NCBI GenBank assembly: GCA_963709405.1 | Contig: CAVPXM010000020.1 | Coordinates: forward strand, 1 to 64,000 | Origin: an uncultured Nitrososphaerales archaeon | GTDB lineage: Archaea > Thermoproteota > Nitrososphaeria > Nitrososphaerales > Nitrososphaeraceae | Reading direction: 5' to 3' | DNA length: 64,000 bases | Shown: one piece after another, positions 33,580 to 44,574 of the stretch | Layout: the number at the start of each line of letters is the position of its first letter | Numbering within the stretch: the stretch's first letter is position 1 | Notes under the pieces: model-generated | The model's database searches: none | What the model saw: only the letters and a program-made list of their open reading frames with translations | Told to the model about the DNA's origin: nothing | Translations under genes and position numbers: made by a program

Positions 33580-34313
33580 TCATGCTACGGTTCATGCAAA
33601 GTACTTCTCATATCCAGCAAAGAGGAGAATTCAATCCAAATAATCGACCGGCTCTATTTTGATTGTACATATAACGACCACTATAAATTTTAGTACTAAC
33701 AATTTATACGGTCTGTAAAACAAATATAACATCTATTAGTTGTAGTGTTGTCTACATTATTCCAGGAAGTGGCTTTCATGCCAAACCATTTTCCGTCTTC
33801 CACGAAGAGTTGAAAGAACGGCTTCAATTTATAATACTCATAATTAGGATGGGATAATTCGCTTAGCCCATCTTGCAGTATGTCCAGAATTTAAAGCCGA
33901 AACGACAAGGGCTATAAAGCATCTAGGTCTGGTTTATCCTTATGGTGACCTCCGCCACGCATCTTGATCGAACATTCACTTTTGGGTCCTAATTTGTTGT
34001 TTGCTTTTAAAATAATTCTGACCTCTTGATTCTTCAGATTTCTTTTGTCTCCAATAAATCCTTTGTCTATCGCCTACCTCCAATCATTAGTCTGTTTCAA
34101 GGTAGATGCAAATATATTCAAACGGCAACTCTTGCCATGTTCTCCAGTGCTTTTATAAATCGTGTCATCAGACCTTAGACTCCAAAATTCGAAATTCTTT
34201 TCTTTTTTCCTGACAAATCCATTCTGGCTTTTGGCAGTAAAGTTATCCAAATTGTTCGGATCATGATTACCAAATACAAAATGAGAACCATTATCATTTA
34301 TAGGATAAAGCAT
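33580..34313 (-). pseudogene. Degenerate paralog of the RGGxH protein
   Basis: MLYPIND..., KNQEV and SIKMRGGGHH in broken frames. Confidence 0.6.
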
Positions 34314-34411
34314 TATTATCCCGTCATGATTATAAGTAACATTTTTTAGTTATTGATACTTGAGTTGGGTTATATCGAAATTTTTCAATTGTATTTTGTT
34401 TGTCGTTTAGA

Positions 34412-34609
34412 TTATTGAAAAATGATTTCCTTAACCATTCCTTCAAAGTCATAAGTCATACACATGTATACGACTAACTCATGGTAAATATATGCTAAAT
34501 CATTATCGACATTCTGAAATTTGCTTTTGGTTTCTTCGAGACCATCCAATACTCTTTTTTTATCGAATGTTGTAGTCTCACTAATAGATATTGTTTCGAT
34601 TATAATCAT
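34412..34609 (-). CDS. Hypothetical protein
   Basis: 65-aa ORF with no recognisable motif. Confidence 0.35.
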   Translation of the reverse strand: MIIIETISISETTTFDKKRVLDGLEETKSKFQNVDNDLAYIYHELVVYMCMTYDFEGMVKEIIFQ

Positions 34610-34956
34610 ACAAGAATTTACTCTTTTTATTCCTTAAATAGCAAATCATTTTACATTTATTCTACAGCAATTAGCAGCTTTTGACTAGCAGCATATTCCA
34701 ATAACTTTTAACTTAAAAACTTATCGATTTGCGAGTTCGTCAGTAACATACCCATGAGCGTCACATGCTAGACATATATGTTTTTCTTTTTGCTTCAACA
34801 AATAATTTTTTCCATTACTTAGGGATCATTTTCTGATCTACAAAACAGAATGAGTTGTTTAAATCCTCAATGTCATATCAAGAAAGGTAAATAAAATAAT
34901 TTCCCAGCTAGATGTTGAAGATAATTCATATTCACGAGAGAAAGGACATGAAGGGT

Positions 34957-36432
34957 TTATTCTATTATCTCCTTTAAGAAGATGGTGGGATCTAGTTGGG
35001 AAAATATCGACAGATCTATTTGAGATCCTGGTTTCATTATTTCTCTAAGATCCTTCCCCGATTCTTTGTTGTACCACCAGGTATCTCCAAATTTATTCCT
35101 CATGTGTGACTCCAATTCAGCTGCTCTTACAGCTGCGAGTAAATAGCTCGGAACATACATTATTGATTCAGGAAGGATGTGATGTAACAGCCAATACTGT
35201 CCAGGCATTTTAAATCCAGTATACTCTTTCATCAAACGTGTGTAAACTTCACAAGCCTCATCTACGGTTAGATTTCTATTCCAATATTCTAATTTCATCA
35301 GTGAATTGGCAGCATAAAATGTAACAAAAAATAATTCTAGAAATTTATTTCTTGCACAAATTTTGTTAATAATAACGTCATTCTCTTGACCAAAAAGTGA
35401 TTGCAAGTAAGTCCTATTCTTAGTTATCCTTTCAAAGAGGATCGAAAATATCTCCGTTATCCCCATCGAAATTCTGTATTTATACCAATGAGGATTATTT
35501 TCATCTATCGAGCTTGCATGCATAGCATGACCTGTTTCATGAAAACATCCTTGTAAATCAAAATATGGACTTTCGCTCTTGTATAGAACTCTAATATCGT
35601 GAGGTATCTGTACAAAGAAGCAGATTGGTGAGGGATATTTATTCTTTCTATCTTCAATATCAAAATGAACACTACTCAAATCAAACTCCATAGCTCTTAG
35701 GATCTTCTTCACTTCGAATAATGGATTTATCGAAAGTCTAGATTCTATGTCAGAATATATTTTGTTTCGGAAAAAATAAAAGTCGTCATAGTATTCTGCT
35801 TCCCTATTTAAAATTGTCTTACTAACTTCATTCAATGCTTCTCTGAATGGATTTCTAGCCTTTTGCCCTAAAAATTTTACAAATTCAACTAAATAGTCAT
35901 ATGATATGTTTTCATTTTTTAAATACCCTAGAAGCGGATCTAGTCTTTGCTTTGCTTGAGTAGAGTCTTCCTTAATAGCAAATTCATATTCTTTATACGT
36001 TTCTTTTATTGAAGAGAACCTGCTTTCAATTAAAGGGCTAATGATATGAGTTTTGTTAATAAATTCATCGAATACTTCTTTTCTACTTACATCATTCTTC
36101 TCCTTACTATTAAATTGTCTCCAAGTATTCCAGTTGACCGGAATGCCATGGAATGTGTGCTTGGAGGATACTATAAGTTTATTCCTTGAGTTATGCAGTT
36201 CTAGTTCAAGGTTTTTGGTCTTGGAATAAGCAATATCTTCTATTGCACCAAGGAGAAGTGGAGTGGGGTAAGACAAATATTCAATAAAGATTTTGGAATT
36301 ATTGAGTCTTAATTCCGCTAGACGTTCCATCAATTTTTCGTTATGATCAAATCCGGCATATTGTTTATACTGCTCGTCATTCTCTGCAATCGAAATACTT
36401 TCATCTATTTTACACCATTGCTCAAGATTCAA
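34957..36432 (-). CDS. M3-like gluzincin metallopeptidase
   Basis: HETGHAMH zinc motif, downstream EIFS and MYVPSYLLA. Confidence 0.82.
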   Translation of the reverse strand: MNLEQWCKIDESISIAENDEQYKQYAGFDHNEKLMERLAELRLNNSKIFIEYLSYPTPLLLGAIEDIAYSKTKNLELELHNSRNKLIVSSKHTFHGIPVNWNTWRQFNSKEKNDVSRKEVFDEFINKTHIISPLIESRFSSIKETYKEYEFAIKEDSTQAKQRLDPLLGYLKNENISYDYLVEFVKFLGQKARNPFREALNEVSKTILNREAEYYDDFYFFRNKIYSDIESRLSINPLFEVKKILRAMEFDLSSVHFDIEDRKNKYPSPICFFVQIPHDIRVLYKSESPYFDLQGCFHETGHAMHASSIDENNPHWYKYRISMGITEIFSILFERITKNRTYLQSLFGQENDVIINKICARNKFLELFFVTFYAANSLMKLEYWNRNLTVDEACEVYTRLMKEYTGFKMPGQYWLLHHILPESIMYVPSYLLAAVRAAELESHMRNKFGDTWWYNKESGKDLREIMKPGSQIDLSIFSQLDPTIFLKEIIE

Positions 36433-36659
36433 TCCACGTGATGTATCTTGTATGACATATTAACTATTGGCAAGGTGAATGGGTTACTGATAGTATCAGT
36501 AAATATTCCAGATTTAAATGGTGATTATATTAAAGTAAGATTTACTACCATGACCAGACATGTACCTAAATATATAAACTCGTGGATATATTCTTAGATC
36601 TAAACCAATCAAGAGATCATGTTAATCTCCTAGCTAAATGGCTCAAAACATTACTAATA

Positions 36660-36810
36660 GTCTCCTTTTGTGACATACAAAAAAGTTTCAATCCCGGTGT
36701 TCTAAGAGGTATACCGATACACTATCGTAGGAAGAGAAATGTTCAAAAAAGTTGGAAAAAGTATGATATTCATCAACGATCATGATCTATTGGTTTAAAA
36801 TAGTGTTACC
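36660..36810 (+). pseudogene. Possible DUF2249-like remnant
   Basis: VGKSMIFINDHD in a broken frame, upstream of the NnrS-like gene. Confidence 0.35.
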
Positions 36811-37209
36811 CTAAATTCTGCGAGCTAACTGATGAATAAATCTCATAGATATATGCGAATAGTATCTTTGTGATGATGTCCATAATCTCTATTGAAAGGC
36901 TTATGAGAGCAACATTAGAATTCGGTGGCCTTATGCACGTAGATTACAATTTTTATCATCTACTTCCATCTGCATAATTTAGAAAAAAGTCAATTAATTC
37001 AATGGTAAGTTACTTGAAACAAGTGTTCAGGGCAAATAATACGTAAGAAAGGGAGAGAAAACCAGATTTTCATATAAATGAATAAAAAATACTCATACTA
37101 GCTAACCTGTGATATTCAAGATAAAGATTTGTTTTAATACTTTGTTGTACCGCTGAATTTTGTAAAGATAAAATAGATCTGGAACAAAAATTCTTACAAG
37201 AATCAGTTT

Positions 37210-38473
37210 TTGGCAAATACTATCAATTACAGCTCTATGAGTAAGCCATTCATAATTATGTCTATTATCCTTCTATTTATTGGATCATTTATTGGATCAA
37301 TCTGGATGATGTCTCTCTTCGGCACAAATCTCCCATTATGGCTCCATGGCACATTTCAACTTCATAAGATGTTACAAGTAGATGGTTTTCTAACATTGCT
37401 TATCATGGGAATAGGTTACATGATTATTCCAAGATTCAGAAATATACGCGTTGTTTCTGTGAAGCTGGCCTCTATTTCATTCATTTTGATACTTACATCT
37501 TTGATCTTCCAGTTTATACAATCAGTCGGAAATGACAAGAATTTGTTGACATGGATCATGATTTCAAGACTTTCAGGAGTCATTATCTTTCTAATTATAT
37601 TGTTCTGGACATTAAGAATTAGTCCAAAGCTTTTAAGGTTATCTGATTATTTTATTGCTCTTTGTCTAATTACTTTAATAACTGTTAATTTGATCGATCA
37701 ATCGCAATATGGATATTCAAATTCCTTAACTCATATTCAATTATGGCTATTTTTTCCAATACTCATGATTTTTGGAATTGAATATAAGACATTGCCATCC
37801 TTTCTCGGATATATAAGACCGCGGAAAACCTTAGCAATTGCTTCATTAGCTTCGATTTCTATTTGCATGATTTTAGGTGTTGCATCTATAATCTTCATAC
37901 ATACATTGTTACTTACAATAATTTTCAATTTTACATTATTTGTATCTGCTTTGACATTTGCAATTGCGATTTATGCATTTGGAGGATTTGATAATCAGGG
38001 AGATCCTGCTTCTTATTCATGGAGAGAAGAAGGCTCGTTATAACTTTACCGTCATTCATATTAAAATATCATTTTTGTTTCTTCTTATAGGTATTGCTAC
38101 AGCAATACTATTTAGTTTAGTTGGTCAATACTTTATTTTTTATGACCTTGCGATTCACATTATTGCCATAGGGTTCATCGGACTTACTATCGCTTTATAC
38201 TTACCTCTTATGCTTCCCCCAATAACTGGAAAAATAATTCAGTTTACTAATTTCAATAAAATTCCGCTACTTTTGATTATTATATCTTTGGGTATACGAG
38301 CAGCTGGAGATTATATTCTTGCCCAACCTTCATCTCCCTCCGAGTATGCTCTGAGTTCGCATCACATGTTGACATACTTTTTCGGCCTATCTGGATGGTT
38401 AATAGTAGCGGCTATGCTTGCTTTCGTCACAATGATACACAAATCTATGAGAAGCGAATCCTTTGTCAAGTAA
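37210..38473 (+). CDS. NnrS-like polytopic membrane protein (one frameshift)
   Basis: Repeated His-TM motifs: HKMLQVDGFLTLLIMGIGYMIIPRF, HIQLWLF and HIIAIGFIG...LPLMLP. Confidence 0.65.
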
Positions 38474-38680
38474 CATACTAATTCATACGAATTGTTTTAA
38501 CCAGGATATCAAGATGTTAATGATTTTTCAACTACTTCTGATTCCCTTCTTAAACATAGATGTTGCAATCCCCACCAACCCGTGACCAAGATTATATAAT
38601 ATTACTACGAATGACTTTCTACGCCTTGTCGCCTTGGCTTATTAGTATTCATACTAACTGGCAATCGCAAATGTTGTAGA

Positions 38681-39421
38681 TCAAAATCCGGCAAATGCCT
38701 CACTAATTTCACTATGAATTATTCCTAAAAATTCTAAAAACCTGCTATCTTTTGATAGAATTGTTTTCATCGTACTTTCTAGCTCATATAATGAAAGTCT
38801 TGCATTTTCATCTGTTATATCAGGATTGCCAGTTAACAAATTTGATTCATTATACATTATAGTTAATTTAATACCTAAAATTTTTGCTTCCCGCCTTAGA
38901 TCGTGTTCTATTTTCCTGAGACCTAATTGCCTATCATCGAGCGATTTGAAATTAGATAGAGCATTTAAGGTTATACTACAACAATCATTTAAATACTGAG
39001 TTATAGTTGCATAGAATCGACCAGTACACTGTCTAACAGTGGTGGACTGAAGATATTGAAAGAGAAGGGTTTTTAGTATTAAGCTGTCTTGATTATCTCT
39101 CAATAGCTGTGGAGAATAATTCATAGTATTAGAAAAGATATAAAATAGCCCATAAGGAGTTAACTTGTAATATATTGAATCATGAAGAAACGATTGTTGT
39201 TGTATTTCTTTAATTAATCTAAATTCTTGGAGTCGTCTCATGACAGGAAATTCAGATTTGTATTGCGATGATAGTCGTTTTATCTTAAAGTGGGATACTA
39301 TCTTGTGTGCTGAAGATTCAGATGTATTCATAATTTTAAATAATAAGGATCTGTCGATTTCTCCAAGATTTGGTTTTTCATATCCAGATATTTCAGATAG
39401 GTATGCGGCATAATCATACAT
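38681..39421 (-). CDS. Hypothetical protein with N-terminal wHTH
   Basis: RRLQEFRLIKE...YYKLTPYGLFYI wing motif. Confidence 0.6.
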   Translation of the reverse strand: MYDYAAYLSEISGYEKPNLGEIDRSLLFKIMNTSESSAHKIVSHFKIKRLSSQYKSEFPVMRRLQEFRLIKEIQQQSFLHDSIYYKLTPYGLFYIFSNTMNYSPQLLRDNQDSLILKTLLFQYLQSTTVRQCTGRFYATITQYLNDCCSITLNALSNFKSLDDRQLGLRKIEHDLRREAKILGIKLTIMYNESNLLTGNPDITDENARLSLYELESTMKTILSKDSRFLEFLGIIHSEISEAFAGF

Positions 39422-40253
39422 TTAATATGGTCTGAATTTTTAAATAAATATAATAGATATTATCTTTACGAAATTCGTTAATATATAATTTTAATGTTAT
39501 ATCGAGTTATTAATGGTGTAGAGATAAGTAGTCTATAATTTCTTCGTTTCTCTGACATCCCGACTACATTAGTAGATTTTCTTGTAGCTCAGAACTTCAA
39601 TGAGAGTCTTTTCATATTTAATTTATAAGGATAAACCTTTGGATTATATGAAATCAAAGACAAATGAAATTCTGAATATGTCAGATCCTAACATGATTAC
39701 TGCTTATTCATGGGCGGCAGGATTATTATTTCAACAGGAATTACCTACTTCTTTGACAGATGTAGAGAAAAGGGCAAGGTTAGTAATCGAAATCAACACA
39801 CAGTTAATCCGAGGAGAAGGCACCTGGCATTCCCTCATTTAAGGCCACGCTAATAAAACATCAATATACAAAGACTCCAAAGTCTGCACTCTTTATGTGA
39901 GAAAAGCGGGGGGAATGATGCTTTTAGATTGAGTTCTTCTGTTGTTAGTAAACAAGGTGTTTTCACAGTTGGGTAGAATAACACCATCATTTCGACAATT
40001 ATATGAGGCTTTTAGCTCCAGAAAAGAGGAGATTTTCGGAATTAAATTCCAAAAATTAGCGGTGGTATTAAATAAGATAGGATAGACATGAGGATTTAAG
40101 CGACACCGACGGACTGGATGGTGGCTATAATTAGATTCTCTAACCTTAGAGTGTAACTAACCCGATTAGCAACAAAATTGATTAAAGTGTATTTAGAAAG
40201 TCCGTTATTTCCACTCCCATTTCAAAAAAAGATAGACGCATAGCGGAGGAGAT

Positions 40254-40898
40254 TTAATGGATTGTATTCACATTTTCGCAATTCGTGGACACAACATCAC
40301 CTTGAGATGGATTATAATCTATGACTGAGTCTACACCATCTCCACAGTCAAAATAATCTGCTCCAGGTCCTCCCTGAAGGATATCATCCCCAGTGTTACC
40401 ATATAAACGATCATTACCAAATCCTCCCACCAAGAGGCCGTCGTCTAGTCCTCCAACAAGGTTATCGTTTCCTCCATCTCCAAATAATTGATTATTTCCA
40501 TCTCCCCCATATACTGTGTCATCGCCAGGACCTGCAAACACCTGATCGTCACCCCCCAGAGCTGAAATTACATCATTACCAAGTAAACCAAAAATGATAT
40601 CATCATCTTCGCTCCCAATTATGTAGTCATCATGGTTGGTTCCACAGATTTTTTGGATTTGTACGCTAGTCTGTATTTGACCAACAGTAATAGTACTAGA
40701 CCCATTTTTAACTGCAGTTAAATTTCCAGTAAAGATAGGAGGTGTAGATACAGCTTTTATAACGTTCCCATATTTTACGACTTCTGCTCTAGGTACAGGG
40801 AAATTGAGGCTATCATTTACAGAGAGTGATGGAAAACATTCAAAAGAATGCTGAGTAACACAGTATCTTTCCCTACACCAGAAGATGTGGTCATACAA
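40254..40898 (-). CDS. RTX-repeat calcium-binding protein (5' end disrupted)
   Basis: Multiple GGxGxD nonapeptides with a DYFDCGDG...NCE C-terminus. Confidence 0.85.
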   Translation of the reverse strand: MYDHIFWCRERYCVTQHSFECFPSLSVNDSLNFPVPRAEVVKYGNVIKAVSTPPIFTGNLTAVKNGSSTITVGQIQTSVQIQKICGTNHDDYIIGSEDDDIIFGLLGNDVISALGGDDQVFAGPGDDTVYGGDGNNQLFGDGGNDNLVGGLDDGLLVGGFGNDRLYGNTGDDILQGGPGADYFDCGDGVDSVIDYNPSQGDVVSTNCENVNTIH

Positions 40899-41200
40899 TT
40901 CGAACTCATATTAGGTTTGTGATTGCTAGTTTCTAATATGGTGGTTTAGATTTCTAACTATTTTACTCTCCTTATTTCTTATCTGGCAGATATCGCTATT
41001 ATGTAGCTTTACCTCTTCTGCGATTTCAAGTAGGAGAACTTTATGGTAGAGACCTACATACCACGTCTGACAGCATGCCTTTCTAGACGATTATAAGCTA
41101 TTCTGGATACACAAGAATAGGATTTTCTTTAAGATAGATAATTTTTCGTTTCGATATGGACTACGACACAAGAACATGCGTGCTACTGGCATTAGTACTG

Positions 41201-41737
41201 CTAATCTAACTCTGCTGATAATCTTTTAATTAAATATTCTATTGACACTGGTTTTTCGATATAACATCCGAGACTCGCATTAGGATATACTTCTCTTAGA
41301 GCATGAATATTTATTTCTAATGAGGACATAAAACATACTCTAATATTAATATCTAGTCCAAGTATCTTTTCACATAACTCAAAGCCGTTCATGTTTGGCA
41401 TATGAATATCAGTTATAAGAAGATCATAAAATTGTGGTTTGAATTCTTCCAATACTAATAGAGGATCGTTATATGTGTATACTTCAAACCTTTTCTTCTC
41501 GCCATCGCCATAATAACGACCATCTAAACCCGCTTTGAAAGTTAATGTAATGTCGGGATCATCATCTACGAGAAGTATCCTTTTGATAAATGGTGGCTTT
41601 GGAGATACTTTCGCTTCCGTTTCTAAGATGGTATGTAAGTTTGATCCATGATTTTGTAGACAATTAGGATCAGTAATAGAAGGAGAAGACTTGGATAGGT
41701 AATGCTCGCTGATGCAGACGATCACCATCGTTACCAT
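41201..41737 (-). CDS. Response regulator receiver protein
   Basis: ILLVDDD, DIHMPNMNGFEL and IEKP. Confidence 0.92.
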   Translation of the reverse strand: MVTMVIVCISEHYLSKSSPSITDPNCLQNHGSNLHTILETEAKVSPKPPFIKRILLVDDDPDITLTFKAGLDGRYYGDGEKKRFEVYTYNDPLLVLEEFKPQFYDLLITDIHMPNMNGFELCEKILGLDINIRVCFMSSLEINIHALREVYPNASLGCYIEKPVSIEYLIKRLSAELD

Positions 41738-41982
41738 AAGAATGATAAAATGAACTAATCCACATTGTGCCTATTTGTCCCTATTTTTCTTGCAGATATT
41801 TAGCTACATCGATCAAGGATGTAGCAAATCTAGTATGCTCGCAATCTGACGATGAATCTGGCGAATTACAGTAAAGAAGTTGATCTTTAAAAATTATCTC
41901 TGCTATGACATTTCTTTGAGTATCTCTTATGAAAAGACTTCCCCCGTGACTTCCAGCGTAATTCAGATGACTGAATGGCTTG

Positions 41983-43137
41983 TAAGTGAAGTGTCTAAGT
42001 TTATGTCGTTATTTGCTCATTACATAACGTAGATTTCGAAATAATTATAGCTTGGGACAAATCATATTTTTATTCTACGAATCACCCTTCCAAACTCATA
42101 CTTACCATACTACAGAAGAATAAGTTAAAGTCATTTCTGAGGAATACGAATAACAAAAAGGAATACCGCAGGTTACTGGCTATACTCCAAAAAGTTGAAG
42201 GTAGATCTTATGCAGATATAGCAAATGAACACGGAGTCAGCAGCAGGTCTGTACAAAGGTGGATTGCTGCATACATTAAGAAAGGAATTGATGATGGAGT
42301 AAGGATGAAGAAACCTGGTGGATCGAAGTCCAGCATAACAGACGAAAACAAAGAGATTATCCTTTCAGCATTATTTAACGATCCGCATATCTTTGGTTAT
42401 CTAAGGAATACGTGGAGTCTAAGGTCGCTGGCAAGGTGTCTTACAGATGAGCTTGATATTCCAATCAGTTTCAAACATCTACAAAGAATAACTAAGGATA
42501 TGGGGATTAGATGTAAAAGACCAAAATTGGAACTATTACATGGACCTGATTATGAAGAAGGGAGAAAAAGAGTGGATAACTACAAGCAAGTAGCATCAGC
42601 TCTGAAAAAAAGGAGTGATGTTAGTATTTGAAGATGAAACTACGATAACACAGAAACCATGTATACGCAAGTCCATGAGTTTTGAAGGCCAGCAACAAAG
42701 GATAGAACATAATGGAAGTAGAAACAAGTTCTCCATATACATATCCATGTTATGGCCAGATAAGAAATTGATGTATGATTTCTATAATGAGATGAACTCT
42801 ACGAATACCATAGATCATCTAGAGAAGCTCAGGAAACATGTCATGAATATCAGATGGAAAAGATTAGTCGTCATCTGGGATCATGCTTCATTCCATATCA
42901 GTAAAATGACGAATGACTATATCAATGTACAGAAACATTGGCTTACCATGATCTATCTTCCAAAGAAAGCTCCATATCTGAACCCGAATGAAAGAAAGGT
43001 AAACCAGCTGATAAAGTCATATTAGTGTGCAAATAGGTTTTATGAGCATATAGAAGACCAGAAAACCGCGGTATCAGAATTTCTAGATAATAGATTTGGA
43101 AGATGGAATAATGACATTTAATGTGACACTTGACTTA
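41983..43137 (+). mobile_element. IS630-family element (type A), second copy, degenerate
   Basis: Same TIRs as 18298-19463. ORFs 42305-42631 and 42615-43025, with extra disruptions. Confidence 0.92.
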
Positions 43138-43206
43138 GCTCTTCCTGTACAAAGAATATGACAATTCCATCAATAATATGTAAGTATACTTATCTTAATT
43201 GGTATA
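43136..43206 (-). mobile_element. Isolated left end of IS630 type B
   Basis: Near-exact reverse complement of 52368-52438. Confidence 0.88.
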
Positions 43207-43353
43207 GCATATTTCATCCTCATTTGAATTCATTCTAAAATAACCTAGGTAATAGAGAAAATAGAGGTAAGCAGCTGGAAATAATGATAATATGACGGTA
43301 ATAGGTCTTAGCACCTTTAAGATTCACTCTTACATATATTAGATATAAGAAAT

Positions 43354-43914
43354 ATGATCGGCTTGACAAGACAAGAAAAAGAAAATCGCGTTTTAGACCT
43401 TTATTATAAGGAAGGAAAGACTTACGCCGAAATAGCCAAAGAGGCACGAATATCTCTGCGTGATATAGGACCTATTCTAAAAAAATCTGGATCAGACCAA
43501 TCTTTATCTAATTCGTCTCAAGCCTACCTCCTATTTTCAGAAGGTAAATCTCCAATCCAAGTGGCTATTAAATTAGGCCTCAAGGAGCCCGAAGTGCATG
43601 AATTCTATAAGCAATACTGGAAACTACAACAACTTTATAGTCTTTATCAGGTTCATGAACATGTTAAAGAGGATATTTGGACCTTCGTAGAACTCTACAG
43701 ATTGATGAGAGCTGCAGGTATGGATCTAAAGCATGTCAAAAAACTTCTCGAAATTGCTAACAATGATTTGCCAAGCGTACAGGCTAAGTATGAAGGATTA
43801 CGAAGAGAAGTAGGTCTCTTAGAATCAAAGAAAGAGAGTCTTGAGAAACAAATATTTGATTTACACTCGACTTTGGTTCAATATCGTACATTAAAGAAGA
43901 ATCAGCTCTACTAG
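43354..43914 (+). CDS. HTH/coiled-coil protein of a thaumarchaeal accessory family (truncated)
   Basis: LTRQEKENRVLDLY...IAKEARISLRDIG and AYLLFSEGKSPIQVAIKL...YWKL. Confidence 0.7.
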   Translation: MIGLTRQEKENRVLDLYYKEGKTYAEIAKEARISLRDIGPILKKSGSDQSLSNSSQAYLLFSEGKSPIQVAIKLGLKEPEVHEFYKQYWKLQQLYSLYQVHEHVKEDIWTFVELYRLMRAAGMDLKHVKKLLEIANNDLPSVQAKYEGLRREVGLLESKKESLEKQIFDLHSTLVQYRTLKKNQLY

Positions 43915-44574
43915 ACACCCTGCATCAAGAAAGATTTGAACTGAAAGAGTCTTGAAGGCAATTCGAGAATAGTTACGAACTGCGTATCGACATTAAAGAC
44001 TAGACAACGGAGTCGCGGGTTCATGAGCAATTAAAGAAATATTATCATGAAATATCATGATATATATGAGAAAATAGTCTATTATTCTAAACAGTCATCT
44101 GATGAATTTCTATTCATGTATTTATTTAAATCATAGCGACACAAGTTCAACCTTTTCCATAACTATGAAGTCTTTCTATCAACGATTAATATCGTAGCAG
44201 TAGTTACATTATACCTAGGTGGTGATTTTAAATATCGTATTTGCAGGGGTTGAAAATCACTTTCATTTTGAGAAGAAAAAGAAGAAAAAACTGATGACTT
44301 CTTTCCTATTAATTCCAGTCAAGCCAACATGGTGGGCATTGATTAACGAGCTTTTCCAGCACATAGAAATTGCATGTCTATGAGATAAATCTGCACACCT
44401 ACAATTTATATCGACTATACAATAAATACAAATACACCAACTAGACATTGTATTTAACTAATAAGGTTATTTTCTTCTTTTTGCAATGCATTGCAACCCG
44501 AATACTTAATATCTTTTGATTCCATCAAACATAAAATGCCTTTATATGGAGGATAAAAGGACTCTTGTAACTAA

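Noticed and set aside
44008-44024. GTCGCGGGTTCA match to the tRNA-Ala T-arm as an att site
   Set aside because: Only 12 nt, in the wrong orientation and on the wrong side, and the 3' stem is lacking.
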